Below are positions 27,832 through 36,693 of a DNA stretch of 64,000 nt, in pieces. The stretch is from a bacterium. Its GTDB lineage: Bacteria; UBA8248. The translations under genes were made by a program, and so were the position numbers. The stretch is from NCBI GenBank assembly GCA_965203325.1, contig OZ241875.1, positions 3,136,001-3,200,000 on the forward strand, read 5' to 3'. The notes under the pieces are model-generated. The model was not told the DNA's origin, did no database searches, and saw only the letters and a program-made list of their open reading frames with translations. The number at the start of each line of letters is the position of its first letter. Positions within the stretch are counted from its first letter, which is position 1.

Positions 27832-28914
27832 ATGAGGGTTTCCAGACGCCAACTGTTGCGGGTTGCGGGGCGAGTCGCGCCCCTCGCCGTCATCGGGGTT
27901 CCGCGCGAGGCGCAGGCCTCGATGATGGGCCATCTGTTCGACTGGCTGAACAGCCGCCCCGTCGAGACGCCCGGACCCGGGGAGGGGATTCTCGATTTCG
28001 CCGCGCGCGTCGTTCCCGAAGTCACCGCGAACGATAAATTCTACGTGCAGAGCATCGGCCATTCGGCGCCCAGGCTCTCCCGCAAGAAATGGCGGCTGAA
28101 AATAACGGGTGAGGTAAAAGGGCCTTTTTCCGCTACTTATGCGGCGTTGGGCGCGCTCAGGCAGGAGCGAACCTGGGCGACGATGACCTGCATCGGGAAC
28201 CCCGTGGGCGGCGGTCAGATTGGGAACGCCCTGTGGGAAGGAGTACCGCTCAGAACCCTCATCGAGCGGGCGGGCGTCGCGGAAAGCGTTCGCCGCTCTG
28301 TATCCGCCCGGGTGATTTTTCGCGCGGCGGACGGGTATCATGATTCCATATCCCTGGAGCAGGCACTCGATTCGAGAACGCTTCTGTGCACCAGGATGAA
28401 CGGAGAACCTTTGCCGAGAGATCACGGCGCTCCGCTCAGGCTCCTCGTGCCGGGGACTTACGGCCTCAAGAACGTAAAATGGATTGAATCCATTGAGGTT
28501 GCGACCAAGGGCCATGGCGGCTATTGGCAACGGCGGGGGTGGTCGGATGAGGCAATCGTCGAGACGCTCAGCCGTTTCGAAGCCCCCAGAAGACGCGTTG
28601 AGGTGCGGACATCCAAAGTGTGGCTCGTGGGGTCTGCTTTCGCGGGGGACAGGGGAATCCGCAAGGTGGAGGTAACCTATGGGCAGGGTGAGCGTTTGCA
28701 GCCCTGGGCGCCCGCCTTGCTCAAAAAGCCTCTCGGGCCTCTCGCCTGGAGCGTCTGGGCGTTTCCCATGCGTTTTGAGGAAAACGGTTTCTACCCGGCG
28801 ACGGTGCGGGCATTGGATGGCGCAGGAAAAGTGCAGACGGATGAGATTTCCGATCCGCAACCCGGCGGGTCGACGGGACAGATGGGGCTCAGCATATACG
28901 TGAAGGGCTTGTAG
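27832..28914 (+). CDS. Tat-exported sulfite-oxidase-family molybdopterin oxidoreductase
   Basis: SRRQLL Tat motif, TCIGN, WEGVPL, DHGAPLRLLVPG.YG.KNVKW. Confidence 0.88.
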   Translation: MRVSRRQLLRVAGRVAPLAVIGVPREAQASMMGHLFDWLNSRPVETPGPGEGILDFAARVVPEVTANDKFYVQSIGHSAPRLSRKKWRLKITGEVKGPFSATYAALGALRQERTWATMTCIGNPVGGGQIGNALWEGVPLRTLIERAGVAESVRRSVSARVIFRAADGYHDSISLEQALDSRTLLCTRMNGEPLPRDHGAPLRLLVPGTYGLKNVKWIESIEVATKGHGGYWQRRGWSDEAIVETLSRFEAPRRRVEVRTSKVWLVGSAFAGDRGIRKVEVTYGQGERLQPWAPALLKKPLGPLAWSVWAFPMRFEENGFYPATVRALDGAGKVQTDEISDPQPGGSTGQMGLSIYVKGL

Positions 28915-28934
28915 GCGAGACAAGGTGGCGTATG

Positions 28935-28967
28935 AAAAAACCCCGCCGGGCAACCGGCGGGGTTTAA
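28935..28967. terminator. Intrinsic terminator between convergent genes
   Basis: AAAAAACCCCGCCGG-GCAA-CCGGCGGGGTTT. Confidence 0.8.
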
Positions 28968-28987
28968 TCTTTCAGCGAGAGTGCAAC

Positions 28988-30046
28988 TTAACGGCGTTTT
29001 CCGCCCACGATGTTCGCCGCGCGTTTCTGGCGCTTGATCATCCAGTTCTTGGGCGCCTCGATGCCGCTTCGATCCAGAATGTCGAGGTTGTGCTGGAAAG
29101 CCATGTAGTTCTGGATGTAGCTGAGCGTGCCGCCACGGTAGGGCGTGCCGGGAGGCAGGCGTCCTTCGATCAGATCGATCACGTTATAAACAGCCTCACT
29201 CGCCATGGCGATCTGCTCGGCCAGGACAGCCGCATGCACCCAGCCGTCGCGAATGTCTTTTTCGATGCCGACGACGAGGTTGTGCGTCACGATCTTGATC
29301 TGGCCGGGTTTGTAACCGGCCGCTTTCACGGCGTCCACCGTGCCGCGAGCGATGAGCGTCGCCCAGGGGTAGATGCCTTTCACATCGGGATGTTTCTTGA
29401 GCAGGTCTTCCGCCGTCTGGTATGCATGCTGCACGTTCGACTTGGTGAATTCCTTGGCCACAATCTTGATTTTCGGGTAGTGGCTCATATATTCCTCAAA
29501 ACCTTTTGCCATGGAGGTCACCATCTCGATGCCGCTGGGTCCGGGCAGCATCATGACTTTGCCCTCGTAATTGATGCCATGCGCCAGGGTGGAGGCGATG
29601 AGAACGCCCAGTTCGTAGCTGTTTTTCATGACGCGGTTCTTAACGCGATCACTGTCGAGGTCGATGTTGTCCACGACGACCTTGACGCCTTTTTCCATCG
29701 CCTTGTGTACGGCGTCCACCATCCCCTTGGTGCTGATGGGGCAGATGATCATCCCGTCGTACTTCGCCGCGATGATGTCCTCCACGTGAGCCACCTGCTT
29801 GGGCAGGAACTCATAGCCGCCTGCATCGAACATCGTCACGGTTACACCGGCTTTTTTGGCCGCCTGGACGCTGCCGTACCATTTCGAGAAGAAATAGGGG
29901 TCGACGCCGTTCGGCACGACGACGGCAATCTTGTATTTCTTCTTCGCCTTCACCCGGGCGTCGGCGTCCGGGGTTGCCGCCATCGACACGAACATAAACG
30001 TGACGACGGAAGCGAGAATCATGAAAGTGCGGAACAGTTTTTTCAT
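28988..30046 (-). CDS. Sugar ABC transporter substrate-binding protein (RbsB-like)
   Basis: Signal peptide, KIAVVVP..DPYF, periplasmic binding protein type I pattern. Confidence 0.85.
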   Translation of the reverse strand: MKKLFRTFMILASVVTFMFVSMAATPDADARVKAKKKYKIAVVVPNGVDPYFFSKWYGSVQAAKKAGVTVTMFDAGGYEFLPKQVAHVEDIIAAKYDGMIICPISTKGMVDAVHKAMEKGVKVVVDNIDLDSDRVKNRVMKNSYELGVLIASTLAHGINYEGKVMMLPGPSGIEMVTSMAKGFEEYMSHYPKIKIVAKEFTKSNVQHAYQTAEDLLKKHPDVKGIYPWATLIARGTVDAVKAAGYKPGQIKIVTHNLVVGIEKDIRDGWVHAAVLAEQIAMASEAVYNVIDLIEGRLPPGTPYRGGTLSYIQNYMAFQHNLDILDRSGIEAPKNWMIKRQKRAANIVGGKRR

Positions 30047-30134
30047 CTTGAATCTCCTCGTCGCAGAATGGGTTTCACGGACGAAGCGCTCTCCTCCGCG
30101 AAAGGGAAAAATGACTGCCGAAAGAACATATTTC

Positions 30135-31130
30135 CTATTCCCGCCGCTTGCGGGAACTCAAAACCACTGCCGCAATGAGCAGCAAGCCTACCACCACCTC
30201 CCGGGCGAATGTACCCACGCCCAGGAGAATGAGACCATTGAGCAAAAATGTCAGGAACAGCGTCCCGATCGCGGCTTGCGTCACGCCGCCCTCGCCGCCG
30301 TGGAACGTCGTGCCTCCCACCACAGTGGCCGCCAGGGACTGGAATTCAAGCTGAAACCCCGCGAGGCCGTTCGTGGCCGGGAGTCTTGCCAGGTAAAGGA
30401 ACGAGGTGATGCCCACGCAGATGCCGCTGATTAAGTAGCAAATGAGCTTCACCTTGCCCGTATCGATGCCCGAGAGCCGCGCGGCCTCCTCGTTCCCGCC
30501 GGTTAGATAGATCGCCCGGCCGAGCACCGTTCGTTTCGTCAGCAGGTAGAGAATGATGAAGAAGAAGATGGCGATGAACAGCGTGCCGGGGATGTGGAAG
30601 AAATCCGTGAGCCCGATGGCTTGCAGGATATCTTTTTGCTCGCCCGTGAACTGGTGAATGGTGCGACCACCCGTGAATACCAGTGCGATGCCTGCGCAGA
30701 TGAAGAGCATGCTCAGGGTGACGATGAAAGGCTGTATCTTCACGCGGCCCACGAGATAGCCGTTGATGAAACCGAAAATCGTCGCCATTCCGATGCCCAT
30801 CAACACGCCCACGGCAAGGCCGAAGTCCAGTATGCCCTGCGCCATCACGACGCTCGAGAGGCTGAGCAGGGAACCTTGACTCAAATCGATGCCTGAAACG
30901 AGGAGCACCATGCTTTGGCCCGCGACGATGAAGAACAGGAGAGATGCGTTTCTGAGTTGGTTGGTCAAATTGTGGGCTTCGATGAAGTTGTTCACATAGC
31001 CCATCAACTGGAGAACGTAAAATATGATCATCATCAGGATGAACACGACGAGCAAACCATATTTTTCGTAATTGAAGTTGGCCAACAAGGAGGCCGATGG
31101 TCTGACCGGAGCCTCCGCTACATTCGCCAT
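30135..31130 (-). CDS. Sugar ABC transporter permease (RbsC-like)
   Basis: GIDLSQGS, PFIVTL, GGNEEAARLSGI, VVGGT. Confidence 0.9.
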   Translation of the reverse strand: MANVAEAPVRPSASLLANFNYEKYGLLVVFILMMIIFYVLQLMGYVNNFIEAHNLTNQLRNASLLFFIVAGQSMVLLVSGIDLSQGSLLSLSSVVMAQGILDFGLAVGVLMGIGMATIFGFINGYLVGRVKIQPFIVTLSMLFICAGIALVFTGGRTIHQFTGEQKDILQAIGLTDFFHIPGTLFIAIFFFIILYLLTKRTVLGRAIYLTGGNEEAARLSGIDTGKVKLICYLISGICVGITSFLYLARLPATNGLAGFQLEFQSLAATVVGGTTFHGGEGGVTQAAIGTLFLTFLLNGLILLGVGTFAREVVVGLLLIAAVVLSSRKRRE

Positions 31131-31145
31131 GATGTTGAATCTCCC

Positions 31146-32159
31146 TTAGTTTTTCTGCTCGCGCAGGGTGCTGACCCAGATGGAGGCGAGAATCACCAAA
31201 CCGACGATAATTTGTTGTCGGTAGGTGTCGATTCCCATGATGTTCAGACCGTTCACCAGGAATATGATCAGGAAAACACCCAGCGTCGTACCCAGCACGC
31301 CGCCTCGCCCGCCGAAAATATGCGTGCCGCCGATGATGGTCGCTCCGATCGATTGGAGCAGTTGATCGCCGCCGCCCAGCCTCGGTTCGCCCGCAGCGCT
31401 GACGTTCGCCGAAAGAAGAAGCCCTGCGAAGCCGCACAGAAGACCGCCGATGCCGAAAATGGCGATCTTCATGCCCGGATAGTTGATGCCGGCGGAAATC
31501 GCCGTTTGCTCGTTCCCGCCCAGGGCGTACACGTAAGTGCCGAAGCGGGTGTATTTGAGCAGATACCACATGGTGCCCAGCGCGATGAGTATCCAGATGA
31601 ATGTAAAGGGAATGGGCCCGAGATTCCCTTTCGCCAGAAAGACGTATGCTTCTTCCACGTGCTTCGGCAGCGTTGCGCCCTCGCGTGCGCCTCCCATCTG
31701 AAGGCCGCCGGTCCAAAGCTGGGCCGTGCCGCTGCCGATGAAGAGCATCCCCAGTGTTGCGATGAATGGCTGCACCCTGACGACGCCGACGAAAAACCCG
31801 TTGATGACGCCGCAAAGCAGACCGATGCCGAGGCCGGCGATGAGACCAATGAAAAACCCGAAATGCAGCATCGCGCTCCAGGCCATCACGCTCACCACGC
31901 TCATGATGGAGCCTTGCGAAAGGTCGAATCCCGCCGACACGATGACCAATGTCTGGGCATAGGCCAAAAAGAAGAGCCATGCGTCTCGGCGCACGACGTT
32001 CACGAAGTTTTCGAGGGTAAGGAAATTCTCGGTCGCAAAAGTGTAGAAGATCATCAAGACTACGAACGCGGAAATGAGGAGCACCCGCTCCCAGGGAATA
32101 TCCTTTACCGGATAACCCAAGATGAACTTTTCATTTTCCGCCGAGACTGCAGCGCTCAT
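31146..32159 (-). CDS. Sugar ABC transporter permease (RbsC-like)
   Basis: GFDLSQGS, PFIATLG, GGNEQTA..AGI, IIGGT. Confidence 0.9.
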   Translation of the reverse strand: MSAAVSAENEKFILGYPVKDIPWERVLLISAFVVLMIFYTFATENFLTLENFVNVVRRDAWLFFLAYAQTLVIVSAGFDLSQGSIMSVVSVMAWSAMLHFGFFIGLIAGLGIGLLCGVINGFFVGVVRVQPFIATLGMLFIGSGTAQLWTGGLQMGGAREGATLPKHVEEAYVFLAKGNLGPIPFTFIWILIALGTMWYLLKYTRFGTYVYALGGNEQTAISAGINYPGMKIAIFGIGGLLCGFAGLLLSANVSAAGEPRLGGGDQLLQSIGATIIGGTHIFGGRGGVLGTTLGVFLIIFLVNGLNIMGIDTYRQQIIVGLVILASIWVSTLREQKN

Positions 32160-32181
32160 TCAAGCTACCTCCGAACGCGGT

Positions 32182-34140
32182 TCAATCCGCCGTCATTGCG
32201 TAGCGCAAAATTCCTTCTTGCGTAGCTTCGTTTCTGTCGATATCTGCGGTGAGCCGTCCTTCACGCATCACCAGAATGCGGTCGCTCATTCCGAGAATCT
32301 CGGGCAATTCGCTTGAAATCATCATAACCGCAGCGCCGTCTTTGGCAAGTTGCAGCATCTGCGAGTGAACTTCGAATTTAGCGCCTATGTCTATCCCGCG
32401 AGTCGGCTCATCGAATATGAGCACGTTGGCGCGTCTGAAGAGCCATTTTGCGAGAACGACTTTTTGCTGATTGCCGCCCGAGAGAAAGCGTATTTGCGTC
32501 TCCTGGTTCGGCGTCATGATTTTTAGCTGGTCGATATGCTCATCGACGAAATCTTTTTCCATACTCAGGTTGAGCAGCCAACGCTTGATGAGGCGGCGGA
32601 GATTAGCACTTGTGGTGTTATAAGCAACCGAGAGAACCTGGGTGAGGCCTTGGGTTTTCCTGTCCTCGGGCAACAGCCCCAGCCCGCGTCGTATGGCCAG
32701 CGTTGGGGTCCACTTGCGCTCATGCGTGAGGATTGTGAGGAATCGAATCACAATCATGGCGACGCCGCCCCAGATCATGACCCATTCGAGAACGAAATTC
32801 TGGGTGAACAGACTCGTAAAGACCATCGCGCATATCGCCAGGGCGTACCAGCTTGCGAAGTCGATGATCAAGGTGCGCCAGCGGTACTGCCGTTCGAGGA
32901 ACCAAAGTCCCAATTGCCTCAGGACGGCCAATCCGGCGGCGACGAGATAGGGGGTGGGACCGTTCGGTATGTTGTATAACGGCCCGCCAAGAATCCATTC
33001 ATAAAACCAATTCCCACTGAAAAGTGGTGGTGGTGAGTTCATGTTGAGCGTGAAAGGATCGTAAATCCCCTGGAAGATGACGGTGAACAAAGGCAAAGCC
33101 AGCATGAAGACAACCACATCGACGAGCGCCATCCATAGCGGGTAGTGGGGGAGTTTTTGTATCTCCTCTTTCTCTTTTGTCGCGTTGGTCATCTCGACGG
33201 TGCCGCCATCAACAGGGTCCGCGCCCATCACGGCCCGAGCCACTTCGGTTCTTCCCGCGCCTACGAGACCCGAGAGGCCGACGATTTCGCCATAATGAAG
33301 GTCAAAATTGATGTCTTCGAATACGCCGTTTCGGGTGAGTCCACGCACCCGCAAAGCTACTTCTCCATGTTCACGGGGCGTCCAGGGGAATTTCTCATCG
33401 AGCGTTCGTCCCACCATCTGCGTGATCAGGAAATCGAGTTCCACCTCCTTGACTTCCCACGTGCCCATATATTCCCCGTCACGCAGGACAGTGACGCGGT
33501 CTCCAATCTCGTGGACTTCTTCAAGGCGGTGGGAGATGTAAATGATGCCGACGCCATGCTCCCGCAAACGGTTGACCGCCTTGAAGAGTTCCTCGATTTC
33601 GTGGCCGCTCAAAGAAGACGTGGGCTCATCCATCACCAATATTTTGCAGTCGAACGCAAGAGCCCGGGCGATCTCCACCATTTGCTGATCCGCGACGCTT
33701 AGAGAGCGGACCGGCGCATTGACGTCGATTTTCACGTCCAGACGCTCCATGATTGCGCGGGATTCTTGCTCGACTTTGGCCCAATCCACACGCTTCATGA
33801 CGCCGGGCAAGACCGGTTCACGACCCAGGAAGATGTTTTTGGCCACGCTCAAATCGGGCACCAGGTTCAGTTCCTGATAGATGACGCTGATTCCCAGATC
33901 GCGCCCGGTTCTGGCGTCGGGAATAATGGTGGGTGTTTCGCTAATCTCGATTTGCCCCGAATCGGCGTGATACATGCCTGCCAGAATTTTGATGAGCGTG
34001 GATTTTCCGGCCCCGTTCTCACCCAAAAGGATGTGGACTTCGCCTTCGGCGAGATCGAAATCGACTTCTTTGAGCGCATGAACGCCCGGAAAGGACTTGT
34101 CGATTTTCATCATTTTCAGCAAATTCTTGGATTCTGGCAC
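32182..34140 (-). CDS. Sugar ABC ATP-binding protein (RbsA-like) with ~160-aa hydrophobic insertion
   Basis: GENGAGKST, MDEPT, GLVGAGRTE, PEDRK, LSGGNQQK, DEPTRGID. Confidence 0.88.
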   Translation of the reverse strand: MPESKNLLKMMKIDKSFPGVHALKEVDFDLAEGEVHILLGENGAGKSTLIKILAGMYHADSGQIEISETPTIIPDARTGRDLGISVIYQELNLVPDLSVAKNIFLGREPVLPGVMKRVDWAKVEQESRAIMERLDVKIDVNAPVRSLSVADQQMVEIARALAFDCKILVMDEPTSSLSGHEIEELFKAVNRLREHGVGIIYISHRLEEVHEIGDRVTVLRDGEYMGTWEVKEVELDFLITQMVGRTLDEKFPWTPREHGEVALRVRGLTRNGVFEDINFDLHYGEIVGLSGLVGAGRTEVARAVMGADPVDGGTVEMTNATKEKEEIQKLPHYPLWMALVDVVVFMLALPLFTVIFQGIYDPFTLNMNSPPPLFSGNWFYEWILGGPLYNIPNGPTPYLVAAGLAVLRQLGLWFLERQYRWRTLIIDFASWYALAICAMVFTSLFTQNFVLEWVMIWGGVAMIVIRFLTILTHERKWTPTLAIRRGLGLLPEDRKTQGLTQVLSVAYNTTSANLRRLIKRWLLNLSMEKDFVDEHIDQLKIMTPNQETQIRFLSGGNQQKVVLAKWLFRRANVLIFDEPTRGIDIGAKFEVHSQMLQLAKDGAAVMMISSELPEILGMSDRILVMREGRLTADIDRNEATQEGILRYAMTAD

Positions 34141-34681
34141 GGGATAAAGCTTCCAAATAAAGGTGTGTAGATTCCAAATAAATAAGCGAATGAATGCCTG
34201 GCGCTACCCGCTGTGTTTGTAAAGTTGCAGTTTTTGAATACTTGCCTAACTTTATAGTGGTCGAGATTGTTTTTCAACATGACAAATTAGCGGGTCAAGC
34301 TGAAGAACCATTTCGTCGACATTCATGGTATGATCGTCCGGTATGTATTCTAATGAGTCTATATCTTGGGGATTATTTTGTGGGCTGTCTGAAAATTCTG
34401 GGGTTAGTTGTTTTCTTTCTTGTGAGCGTGTCCAGCGCGTTTGCCGAAGAAACACACGGCAAAACCGATGCGTGCCTGGTTACTCTTTACAACTACCCCG
34501 CCGAATCACCTAAGTATGACATTACGAAGAAAGCGCCGCCCCAATCCCCCTTGACTCAGACAAAGAATCTTCGCGCAAGCAAAGCGGTTAAAAATACACA
34601 ATCTCGCAAGAGTCTTCTGACACAAGTTCATAGCAAAAAATAAACTCTTTTCTCGCTTGGCGCCAATAGGTCCGTAAGCTT

Positions 34682-35290
34682 TTAGCGGTCGATGACACTT
34701 CGGTATTCGGCGGATGGGGTATGTTGTGCCGGCCAGTCCATCCCATCTTCAAAACGGGCCAAAACGCTTGCGTGACGGGCGAAACCACCCTCCAGCAGAG
34801 CGACCGAGACGATCTCCACGATTGCCGGCTCGTCAAAGCCGTGCTCGCGCAACGCTTGAAACTCTTCGTCTGTTAGTTGTTCGTTGAGCGTAAGTTTTCT
34901 GGCCACGCGGAATACTGCTTTTTCCGACTCGGGCAAATCTGCATTTTCAAAATCATGGAGTTTTTCCACTTCATACTCATCGAGTTCCATGCGGTGAATG
35001 AGGTCGGTTTTGTGGAAATTCACGCATCGGGGACAATCGGAAGCAACTGCGCAAACCATCGCGATACGATTGGTCAACTCGCGTGAAATGTGACCATCCA
35101 GCACTTCGAGACGTTTTTGCAGCTCCCAGAATCCACTTAGGAGACCCGGCACATGAGCGAAAAAACCGAACAAAGGCCCCAGCCAGCGCGGGTCTTTCAA
35201 TCGGCATATCTCATCATAAATTTGTGAAACCTCGCTTTCGGCTTCATTGGGTTTTACGAGACGAAAGGTTTCAAAACCGGGTGTGCTCAT
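34682..35290 (-). CDS. Carboxymuconolactone decarboxylase/AhpD-like protein
   Basis: CPRCVNFH (CxxC...H), LPESEKA, EIVSVA. Confidence 0.75.
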   Translation of the reverse strand: MSTPGFETFRLVKPNEAESEVSQIYDEICRLKDPRWLGPLFGFFAHVPGLLSGFWELQKRLEVLDGHISRELTNRIAMVCAVASDCPRCVNFHKTDLIHRMELDEYEVEKLHDFENADLPESEKAVFRVARKLTLNEQLTDEEFQALREHGFDEPAIVEIVSVALLEGGFARHASVLARFEDGMDWPAQHTPSAEYRSVIDR

Positions 35291-35379
35291 TTTCTTCCCC
35301 CTGGAATGAATTATCTGGCCGTAGGTAAGATTCGGCCATCATAACATTTCCAAGGCTTATAATGAGCATGATTAGACGA

Positions 35380-35412
35380 CAAAAAACCCCCCGCCGAAGC
35401 AGGGGGTTTTTT
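35380..35412 (-). terminator. Intrinsic terminator after TAXI gene
   Basis: AAAAAACCCC...GGGGTTTTTT hairpin. Confidence 0.7.
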
Positions 35413-35427
35413 AGGGCTTGTTGTTGC

Positions 35428-36399
35428 TTACATCATGCCTGCTTCTTTCCAATAGCGTGACGCGCCCGGGTGTATTTTCAGTTTCTTCATGCCGCGAAGG
35501 CCGGTCTTTTTAGTAACGTATTTCCCGGTTGGATGGTACTTGGTGATTTGCTTGTGATTGTCGTACAGGGCTTTAACGATCCCATATGCGTTGGCATTGC
35601 TCATTTTGCTGTTGGTCATCAATGTCCACATCTGGCCCCAGCTAACGACGTCTTTTTTGTAGCCGGGAATGGAGCCGGCAGCTACGACATCGCGTACGAT
35701 GCCCGCTTCGTTATCAGCCAGCTTTTTGATGGTGGCGTCATCCGGACCGAAGAAATGCAGTTTGCCGGAGAGCGTGCGTGCGAGTTCCATGTATACTGGT
35801 GCGGGAACATTCGCGTTCAGGAAGAAAAAGCCGGCGTCCACCCTTTCGTCTCTGATTGCGGCCGCATTCTGGGGGTTGTTGAAGAATTCTTTTTTCGCTT
35901 TTACGCCGCTGTGTTTGAGTGCAAGCTGCGTAACGATGTAAATGGAACCCCCGCGTCCGCCGACGACGAATCTTTTGCCGGTGAGGTCGGACCATTTCTT
36001 GATTCCGGAGGTCTTGAAGGTGGTATAGACCGTCGTCAACGGGTACAGGGCCCCTAACGCCAGCACGTCTTGGGGTTTCTTGAATGGTTTTCTGCCCACT
36101 TGTCCCCACGAGACGGCAGGCGCCGTGGCCATGCCAATACGGAGGGCTTGGTTTTTGTCTTTCTTCTGAAGGGTGCGGACATTTGCGGTTGAACCGCCGG
36201 TAATGGATGCAGCCACCGAGATTTTTCCACCGGAGTTATCCGTGATGACTTTACCCATTGCGGTTCCAATTTCGAAGGTGGCGCCGCCGGGCTGGGACGT
36301 TCCCAGAAGTATTTTGGCTGCGTTCGCCGTCGGGGCCGTGCCGATAACCAAGGCAAGACCTGCCGCCAACGTAATCAGCCGAAGCGTGGATTTCCTCAT
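35428..36399 (-). CDS. TAXI-family TRAP solute-binding protein
   Basis: Signal peptide from ATG 36399 (GGAG RBS), GTSQPGG, TGGSTAN, IHPGA..YW. Confidence 0.88.
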   Translation of the reverse strand: MRKSTLRLITLAAGLALVIGTAPTANAAKILLGTSQPGGATFEIGTAMGKVITDNSGGKISVAASITGGSTANVRTLQKKDKNQALRIGMATAPAVSWGQVGRKPFKKPQDVLALGALYPLTTVYTTFKTSGIKKWSDLTGKRFVVGGRGGSIYIVTQLALKHSGVKAKKEFFNNPQNAAAIRDERVDAGFFFLNANVPAPVYMELARTLSGKLHFFGPDDATIKKLADNEAGIVRDVVAAGSIPGYKKDVVSWGQMWTLMTNSKMSNANAYGIVKALYDNHKQITKYHPTGKYVTKKTGLRGMKKLKIHPGASRYWKEAGMM

Positions 36400-36604
36400 T
36401 CGTTTCTCCTTTTTGGTAGTGAAAATTACTCCCACGTTTCGACTTGGAAAGTCGAAACTCATGAATAAAATGCCGAACTTTGGAGTCTGTCGAGTTCGCT
36501 ACACTTAAGCAAAACCATCTGGTTTGGTCAAGTGGTTAGAATTATATAGAAAGCAAAATTTCCTAAGTCGCTGGCGAAAGAAACAAACTATCCGATAGAA
36601 TAGC

Positions 36605-36656
36605 ATAGATCATCAACATAGTTTCTTAAGATAGATCATCAACATAGTTTCTTAAG
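36605..36656. repeat. Perfect 2 x 26 bp tandem duplication
   Basis: ATAGATCATCAACATAGTTTCTTAAG at 36605-36630 and 36631-36656. Confidence 0.95.
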
Positions 36657-36693
36657 ATTAAGGATCCACTACAGTGGAGAAAGAAGGAGAGAT

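Noticed and set aside
34194..34643. 149-aa ORF divergent from the sugar ABC operon
   Set aside because: No recognisable motif or RBS; a shorter exported peptide is possible but unsupported
36605..36656. CRISPR array
   Set aside because: Two abutting copies with no spacer and no cas genes
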